Shown here in pieces: positions 58,276-64,000 of a DNA stretch of 64,000 nt. Below the pieces are notes generated by a model, which worked only from the letters and a program-made list of their open reading frames with translations, was not told the origin of the DNA and made no database searches. Within the stretch, counting starts at the first letter, position 1, and every line of letters begins with the position of its first letter. Source of the DNA: Desulfuromonadales bacterium (GTDB lineage: Bacteria; Desulfobacterota; Desulfuromonadia; Desulfuromonadales; UBA2197); assembly GCA_014859605.1 (NCBI GenBank), contig JACUTW010000003.1, positions 11,868 through 75,867 on the forward strand. The letters run 5' to 3'. Both the position numbers and the translations under genes were made by a program.

Positions 58276-59319
58276 ATGAGATATTCACGAGTCTATATAG
58301 AATCAGTCGGTTATGAATTGGCGCCGATTGTTGTCACGTCGACGGAGCTGGAACAGCGCCTCAAGCCGATGTATGAAGCGCTGCACATTGCGCCGGGGCA
58401 ACTCGAAACCCTCACCGGCATCCGCGAGCGGCGCTGGTGGAAACCGAATACCCCTGTGTCAATAGGAGCGATCGCCGCTGCCCGTAAAGCCCTGCAAGGG
58501 CGGAATATTACCCCGCAGGATATTGGCGCCGTCGTTTATGCCGGAGTCTGTCGCGAGAATTTCGAACCGGCCACCGCCTGTCCGGTGGCGGCCGCCCTCG
58601 GTGTCCATGGCGGCGCGGCCATCTACGATATCTCCAATGCCTGTCTCGGGATTCTCAACGGCGTCCTGGATATTGCCAACCGCATCGAACTCGGTCAGAT
58701 TCGCGCCGGGCTGGTTGTGGCTTGCGAAAGCTCCCGCGAGATCAACGAAGTCATGATCAAGAAGATGAACGAAAATCCGAGTATGGAGCTCTTTACCACC
58801 TCGCTCGCCACCTTTACCGGCGGTTCCGGGGCAGCGGCGGTCCTTTTGACCGACGGCTCCTTTACCCCGGCCAGGCGCCCCAAGCTCCTTGGCGGCGTCA
58901 ATCTCGCCGAGCCGCAGCACCACAAGCTCTGCCGCTGGGGGATCAAGTCCAACTCCGTCGAGAATCACGTCCCCTACATGCAGACCGATGCAGTGGCGGT
59001 GATGAAGCATGGCGTCGAACTCGGCAAGCGCACCTGGGATGCCCTGTTGAAGGAGCTCGACCTGAGCACCGAGCAGATCGACAAGGTCATCTGTCATCAG
59101 GTCGGTAATGCCCATCAGAAGCTGATTTTGCAGACGATCGGCGTGCCGCTGGAGAAGGACTTCACCACCTACGAATTCCTCGGCAATATGGGGACAGTCT
59201 CCCTGCCGGTGACCGCCGCCCTCGCCAAGGAGCGTGATGTCCTCCTCCCTGGCGATATCGTCGGTTTTCTCGGCATCGGTAGTGGACTTAACTGTTTAAT
59301 GCTGGGGATCCAATGGTAA
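58276..59319 (+). CDS. oleA: OleA-type thiolase (FabH-like condensing enzyme)
   Basis: Thiolase-fold active-site Cys in YDISNACLG; C-terminus GIGSGLN. First gene of the four-gene ole order. Confidence 0.7.
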   Translation: MRYSRVYIESVGYELAPIVVTSTELEQRLKPMYEALHIAPGQLETLTGIRERRWWKPNTPVSIGAIAAARKALQGRNITPQDIGAVVYAGVCRENFEPATACPVAAALGVHGGAAIYDISNACLGILNGVLDIANRIELGQIRAGLVVACESSREINEVMIKKMNENPSMELFTTSLATFTGGSGAAAVLLTDGSFTPARRPKLLGGVNLAEPQHHKLCRWGIKSNSVENHVPYMQTDAVAVMKHGVELGKRTWDALLKELDLSTEQIDKVICHQVGNAHQKLILQTIGVPLEKDFTTYEFLGNMGTVSLPVTAALAKERDVLLPGDIVGFLGIGSGLNCLMLGIQW

Positions 59320-60197
59320 AGAAATCGCTCTATCCCTTTACCGGCCATTTTCACGATCTGAATGGTTTGAAGTACCACTACCTCGATGAAGGTCAGGGCG
59401 AAACCGTGGTCATGGTTCATGGCAACCCGACCTGGTCCTTCTACTACCGCAATCTCGTCCTCGCCCTGCGCGACCAGTATCGGGTGATCGTCCCTGATCA
59501 TATCGGCTGCGGCCTCTCCGATAAACCGGTCGATTCCGGCTATTCCTTCACTCTCAAGCAGCGCGTCGACGATCTCGAAGCCCTCCTCGAAGCTCTTGGC
59601 CTGCGCGAGAAGATCACCCTGGTCGTGCACGACTGGGGGGGGATGATCGGTATGGCTTATGCCTCGCGTCATCCCGAGCGCATTGCCCGGCTGGTGATTC
59701 TCAATACCGGCGCTTTTCTGCTCCCCGCGGCCAAACCGTTTCCCCTCGCCCTGAAGATCTGCCGCGACACCCAGTTCGGCGTCTTCCTCGTGCAGGGTCT
59801 TAATGTCTTTGCCCGCCTGGCTGCCCGCGTCGGCTGCAAACGCCATCCGCTGAGCAAAGAGCTGCGCGACGCTTATTGCAGCCCTTACGACACCTGGCAC
59901 CATCGCATCGCCACCCTCCGATTTGTCCAGGATATCCCCCTTCAGCCGGAAGACCCCGGTTTTGCCTTGATCCAGGAAGTGGCGGACGGCCTCCATCGTT
60001 TTGCGGCGTTGCCGATGCTGATCTGCTGGGGGGAGCGCGACTTTGTCTTTGATCACCACTTCCGCGACGAATGGCAGCGCCGCTTTCCGGCGGCGGAAGT
60101 CCATTCCTACCCCGATTGTGGCCATTACATCCTCGAAGACGCCCAGGAAGAGGTCATCCCGCTGATCAGTGATTTTTTAAGCAGGCATCCGCTGTAA
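59313..60197 (+). CDS. oleB: OleB-type alpha/beta hydrolase (haloalkane-dehalogenase-like, beta-lactone decarboxylase)
   Basis: VMVHGNPTWSFYYR; nucleophile elbow VVHDWGG; C-terminal His in CGHYILED. 7-nt overlap with oleA. Confidence 0.7.
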   Translation: MVKKSLYPFTGHFHDLNGLKYHYLDEGQGETVVMVHGNPTWSFYYRNLVLALRDQYRVIVPDHIGCGLSDKPVDSGYSFTLKQRVDDLEALLEALGLREKITLVVHDWGGMIGMAYASRHPERIARLVILNTGAFLLPAAKPFPLALKICRDTQFGVFLVQGLNVFARLAARVGCKRHPLSKELRDAYCSPYDTWHHRIATLRFVQDIPLQPEDPGFALIQEVADGLHRFAALPMLICWGERDFVFDHHFRDEWQRRFPAAEVHSYPDCGHYILEDAQEEVIPLISDFLSRHPL

Positions 60198-60213
60198 GGG
60201 GAGGTCGCCACTC

Positions 60214-60546
60214 ATGGGTAAACGACTGCCCAAAAACATTCAACAGGCACTGACAGAGACGCAGTCTCGTTTAAGAGATCTCTACGCCCAGCGGCTTAAG
60301 GAGATTATTCTCTTTGGTTCGTATGCTCGGGGCGATTATGCGTCGGGCTCGGATATTGACCTGTTGGTCTTGCTGGATCAGATGAGTGATTCTTGTGCCG
60401 AGCGTGAAGGGTACCTCCCCCTGGTTTGCGAACTTTCACTCAAATACGATACGGTCCTGTCGGTTGTGCCGATGGATTTTGACGTCTGGATGACTCAAAA
60501 GACGCCATTGATCCTGAATGCCAAACGGGAAGGGGTGAGACTGTGA
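60214..60546 (+). CDS. MNT-type nucleotidyltransferase (antitoxin of HEPN/MNT pair)
   Basis: GSYARGDYASGSDIDLLVL (GS-x-RG ... DxD minimal NTase motif). Confidence 0.8.
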   Translation: MGKRLPKNIQQALTETQSRLRDLYAQRLKEIILFGSYARGDYASGSDIDLLVLLDQMSDSCAEREGYLPLVCELSLKYDTVLSVVPMDFDVWMTQKTPLILNAKREGVRL

Positions 60547-60923
60547 CTGATGGTATAAAAGAGTTGCTGGCCAAGGCGGCACAGAGTATCGATGCTGCCG
60601 AACTCTTATTGCGGGACGGGTATGTCGATTTCTCGGCAGGTCGGGCGTATTATGCCATGTTCTATGCCATCGAAGCGGTCTTGCTAAGCCGTGATTTGTC
60701 TTATTCCAAACACTCGGCGGTGATTGCCGCTTTTGGTAAGGAATTCGTTAAGACAGGAGACCTTGATAGTCGTTTCCACCGTTATCTCCTCGATGCTTTT
60801 GATCTGCGCAATGCTGGTGATTATGGCCTGATGAATACCGTAAGTGAGGAGCAGGCGGGGCGAGTCATCGCGGAAGCGCGTGAACTGCTTGTTGCCGTCA
60901 ATATTTTCTTGCTTGGGGTATGA
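60543..60923 (+). CDS. HEPN-domain protein (toxin of HEPN/MNT pair)
   Basis: Helical 126-aa protein with LRNAGDY HEPN-type motif. GTGA overlap with the MNT gene. Confidence 0.75.
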   Translation: MTDGIKELLAKAAQSIDAAELLLRDGYVDFSAGRAYYAMFYAIEAVLLSRDLSYSKHSAVIAAFGKEFVKTGDLDSRFHRYLLDAFDLRNAGDYGLMNTVSEEQAGRVIAEARELLVAVNIFLLGV

Positions 60924-60939
60924 TTTGACTGCGGAACCG

Positions 60940-62598
60940 ATGTCTTTCACCAACATCGCCGCCCATCTGCCGGAGATGGCCCGGCTCCAGCCCGAGACCG
61001 CCGCGATCTATTGCCCGGCTGGCCGCAATTCCGACGGCACTCCCCGCTACACCTGCACCAGCTATTCCCAACTCGATCAGGAAAGTGATCGCATCGCTCA
61101 CGCGCTCGAAGCCCTCGGCATCGTTCGCGGCGTCCGCACGATCCTCATGGTCCCGCCGAGCGCGGAATTCTTTGCCCTGACCTTTGCCCTCTTCAAGGTC
61201 GGAGCGATTCCGATCCTCATCGATCCGGGGATGGGGATCAAGAATCTCAAGGTCTGCATCGCCGAGGCCGAGCCGACTGCCTTTGTCGGCATCCCCAAGG
61301 CGCACCTCGCCCGCGTCCTCCTTGGCTGGGGGAAGCCGACGATCAAGATCCTCCTCACCATCGGCGCGCTCCGCTTTTGGGGCGGGGCGACCCTTTCCTC
61401 TACCCTTGCGACCATACCAACTCCGCGCCCCTATACCATGGCCACTACTGCCGCCGATGAGACCGCGGCGATCCTCTTTACCAGCGGCAGCACCGGCGTC
61501 CCCAAGGGGGCAATCTACAGTCACGGTAACTTCAGCGCCCAGGTTTCAGCGCTGCGCGACCTTTACAATATTCAGCCCGGCGAAATCGATCTGCCGACCT
61601 TCCCCCTCTTTGCCCTCTTTGCCCCCGCTCTGGGGATGACCTCGGTCCTGCCGGAGATGGACTTCACCCGCCCGGCGCTGGTTGATCCGCACAAAATCAT
61701 TACCGCCATCCACTCCTTCCAGATCACCAGCATGTTCGGCTCGCCGGCCCTGATCAATCGCGTCAGCCTTTACGGCCGCGAGCACGGGATCAAGCTGCCG
61801 AGCTTGCAGCGGGTCATCTCCGCCGGCGCGCCGGTGCCGGCGACAGTGCTGGAGCGCTTTGCAACCATGCTCGCCGCCCCGGCGCAGATCTTCACCCCCT
61901 ACGGCGCCACCGAAGCGTTGCCGGTCTGCTCCATCGGTAGTACCGAGATTCTCGGCGAGACCCGCACGCGCACCGAGCAGGGGCGGGGGGTCTGTGTCGG
62001 CCGACCGGTGGCGGGGATTGAGCTGGAGATCATTACCATCAGTGACCAGCCGATCCCTTGCTGGGATGATGCGCTACAGGTGGCCCCCGGTGCCATCGGC
62101 GAGATTGCCGTCAAAGGGGCGCAGGTGACGCGTGGCTACCATAATCGCCCGGCTTCGACGGCCCTCGCCAAGATCGCTGATCCGCAGGGCGGCTTCTGGC
62201 ACCGCATGGGCGATCTCGGTTATCGCGACGCAAGCGGACGGATCTGGTTCTGCGGCCGCAAGTCGCACCGTGTGCAGAGTAGCGCCGGAGACCTCTTCAC
62301 CATCCCCTGCGAAGGGATCTTTAATACCCACCCGGCGGTCTACCGCACCGCCCTGGTCGGCATCGGTCCGGTTGGCAATCAGCGCCCGGTCCTTTGTGTC
62401 GAGCTGGAAAAAGGGGTCGATCCGGCGCAACAGGCTGCGATCCGCGCGGAACTTTGCGTCCTCGGACAACAGCAGAGCCAGACGCAGTCGATCGCAACCA
62501 TCCTCTTTCATCCCGCCTTCCCCGTCGATATTCGTCATAATGCCAAGATCTTTCGTGAGAAGCTGGCGCTGTGGGCCGCGACGCAGGTGACGCCATGA
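60940..62598 (+). CDS. oleC: OleC-type AMP-dependent synthetase (beta-lactone synthetase)
   Basis: ANL motifs ILFTSGSTGVPKG, YGATE, and GDLGYRDASGRIWFCGRK. Start at MSFTN (60940). Confidence 0.7.
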   Translation: MSFTNIAAHLPEMARLQPETAAIYCPAGRNSDGTPRYTCTSYSQLDQESDRIAHALEALGIVRGVRTILMVPPSAEFFALTFALFKVGAIPILIDPGMGIKNLKVCIAEAEPTAFVGIPKAHLARVLLGWGKPTIKILLTIGALRFWGGATLSSTLATIPTPRPYTMATTAADETAAILFTSGSTGVPKGAIYSHGNFSAQVSALRDLYNIQPGEIDLPTFPLFALFAPALGMTSVLPEMDFTRPALVDPHKIITAIHSFQITSMFGSPALINRVSLYGREHGIKLPSLQRVISAGAPVPATVLERFATMLAAPAQIFTPYGATEALPVCSIGSTEILGETRTRTEQGRGVCVGRPVAGIELEIITISDQPIPCWDDALQVAPGAIGEIAVKGAQVTRGYHNRPASTALAKIADPQGGFWHRMGDLGYRDASGRIWFCGRKSHRVQSSAGDLFTIPCEGIFNTHPAVYRTALVGIGPVGNQRPVLCVELEKGVDPAQQAAIRAELCVLGQQQSQTQSIATILFHPAFPVDIRHNAKIFREKLALWAATQVTP

Positions 62599-63581
62599 AG
62601 GCCCTGGTCACCGGCGGTGGCGGATTTCTCGGCAAAGCGATTGTCCGTTTGCTGCTGGCCCGCGGTGATGCCGTCCGCTCCTTTTCGCGCACCCCCCATC
62701 CGGAGCTGGCGACTCTTGGCGTCGAACATTGCTGCGGCGAGCTCCACGACCCGGTGGCGGTCGATGCGGCGGTGGCCGGCTGCGACATCGTTTATCACGT
62801 CGCCGCCAAGGCTGGGATCTGGGGTTCCTTTGCCGACTTTTATCAGGCCAACGTCGTCGGCACGCAAAATGTTATCACTGCCTGCCGTCGCCACGGCGTC
62901 CGTCGCCTCGTCTATACCAGCTCGCCGAGTGTGGTCTTCGACGGCAGCGACATGGAAGGGGTTGATGAGTCGGCCCCGTATCCGCTCCATTTTCATGCTC
63001 CCTATCCGGAGACCAAGGCCGCAGCGGAAATTTTTGTCCGGTGCAGCAACAGTCCAGAGCTGGCGACCGTGGCTCTACGGCCGCATCTGATCTGGGGGCC
63101 GGAGGATAATCACCTGGTGCCGCGCATCCTCGCCCGTGGGCGTCAGGGGGCGCTGCGGCGCATCGGCAGTCGCCCCTGTCTGGTCGATACCATCTATATC
63201 GACAATGCCGCTGCTGCCCATCTCCTTGCTGCCGATGCTCTGACGATCGGTTCACCCGTTGCCGGCAAAGCTTACTTCCTTTCGCAGGGAGAACCGATCC
63301 CCCTTTGGGAGATGGTCAATCGTATCCTCGCTGCCGGTGGTCTGCCGCCGGTGACCCGCACCATCTCCCCGCGCCTTGCCTACGCCATCGGCTGGACGCT
63401 GGAGAAGAGTTACGCGGCGCTGCGGATCAAAAGCGAGCCGCGCATGACCCGTTTTGTCGCCCGCGAACTCTCGACCGCGCACTGGTTCGATATCAGCGCT
63501 GCGCGTCGGGATTTCGGTTACCAGCCGACGGTCTCCATCGATGAAGGGATGGAGAGACTGCAAGCGTGGCTGACGCGATGA
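62595..63581 (+). CDS. oleD: OleD-type NAD(P)H-dependent reductase (3-beta-HSD / SDR family)
   Basis: VTGGGGFLG Rossmann motif; YPETK (YxxxK). ATGA overlap with oleC. Confidence 0.7.
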   Translation: MKALVTGGGGFLGKAIVRLLLARGDAVRSFSRTPHPELATLGVEHCCGELHDPVAVDAAVAGCDIVYHVAAKAGIWGSFADFYQANVVGTQNVITACRRHGVRRLVYTSSPSVVFDGSDMEGVDESAPYPLHFHAPYPETKAAAEIFVRCSNSPELATVALRPHLIWGPEDNHLVPRILARGRQGALRRIGSRPCLVDTIYIDNAAAAHLLAADALTIGSPVAGKAYFLSQGEPIPLWEMVNRILAAGGLPPVTRTISPRLAYAIGWTLEKSYAALRIKSEPRMTRFVARELSTAHWFDISAARRDFGYQPTVSIDEGMERLQAWLTR

Positions 63582-64000
63582 CCCTTTGGCCTGCGCCGCC
63601 CATTACGCGCTCTTTGCCGCCGGGGGAGGTTCACCTTTGGCGCATCCCCCTCACGACTTTACCTGAAGAAATTTCCCGCCTCCACACTTGTCTTGCCGCC
63701 GACGAATTGCAACGCGCTGGCCGCCTCCTTGATCGCCGCAAAGCACAGGATTTCATCGTCGGCCGCGGCCGTCTGCGCCAGATTCTCGCTTCTTATCTGC
63801 ATGTGAATCCGGCAGCCATAGCCTTGACCTGCGGCAAGTACGGCAAGCCAGCGCTGACTGGCAATGCTCTGCAATTCAACCTGTCCCACTCCGGCGCCTG
63901 GGCACTCCTTGCGCTTGGTGCCGATGCGGCCATCGGCGTCGATGTGGAAAAGATTGAGCCGGCTCTCGATTATTCGGCCCTGGCGGTCCGGTTCTTTACC
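63578..64000 (+). CDS. Sfp-type 4'-phosphopantetheinyl transferase, 3' end outside the window
   Basis: Own translation of an open frame with no stop to nt 64000: MTLWPAPP ... QFNLSHSG ... IGVDVEKI (FNxSHS and GxD PPTase motifs). ATGA overlap with oleD. Confidence 0.65.
   Translation, partial: MTLWPAPPITRSLPPGEVHLWRIPLTTLPEEISRLHTCLAADELQRAGRLLDRRKAQDFIVGRGRLRQILASYLHVNPAAIALTCGKYGKPALTGNALQFNLSHSGAWALLALGADAAIGVDVEKIEPALDYSALAVRFFT

Noticed and set aside
60844-60939. Upstream extension of the oleC ORF overlapping the HEPN gene.
   Set aside because: The ANL-family N-terminus begins at MSFTNIAAH (60940), and the extension is the alternative frame of the HEPN 3' end.

Overview
This window reads as a core chromosomal segment of a GC-rich deltaproteobacterium of the Geobacter/Desulfuromonas/Pelobacter type. 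That placement is an inference from gene order, c-type cytochromes and codon bias; no database search was possible. I can support about 70 protein genes and 3 tRNAs (Gln-UUG, Ala-GGC, Thr-CGU, all with encoded CCA). I see no rRNA and no CRISPR array. Most of the window is housekeeping: rpsF-rpsR-DUF2232-rplI-dnaB, ychF, hppA, pth-rplY-prs-tRNAGln-ispE, pyrK-pyrD, rimI, purM-purN, tmk-holB-PSP1-metG-tatD, rnc-rSAM-era-der, infA, leuS-lptE-holA, rpsT and ogt. The parts worth a second look are listed here. (1) A 12.4-kb, 13-gene chemosensory-like operon (36867-49288) has CheA, two CheW, CheR, CheB and four REC proteins but no receptor gene. It also carries a PATAN/DUF4388-GAF protein, an ExeA/MshM-like AAA ATPase overlapping cheA, a Zn-ribbon-REC protein, a large HEAT-repeat protein and a coiled-coil GAF protein. 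(2) An oleABCD-type olefin/beta-lactone cluster (58276-63581) is split between oleB and oleC by a lower-GC MNT/HEPN toxin-antitoxin pair and is followed by an overlapping Sfp-type PPTase gene. (3) A TatD-radical SAM fusion lies stop-to-stop with a WYL regulator next to tRNA-Ala. (4) An operon encodes an NHL beta-propeller lipoprotein, a tetraheme cytochrome c and a His-rich membrane protein, with an out-of-frame strong start signal. (5) A 150-bp MITE-like element carries two inverted REP-like hairpins. (6) A RhuM-family islet lies between ispE/EamA and pyrD. All protein calls rest on motif and family recognition by eye, and start codons were chosen from RBS context.
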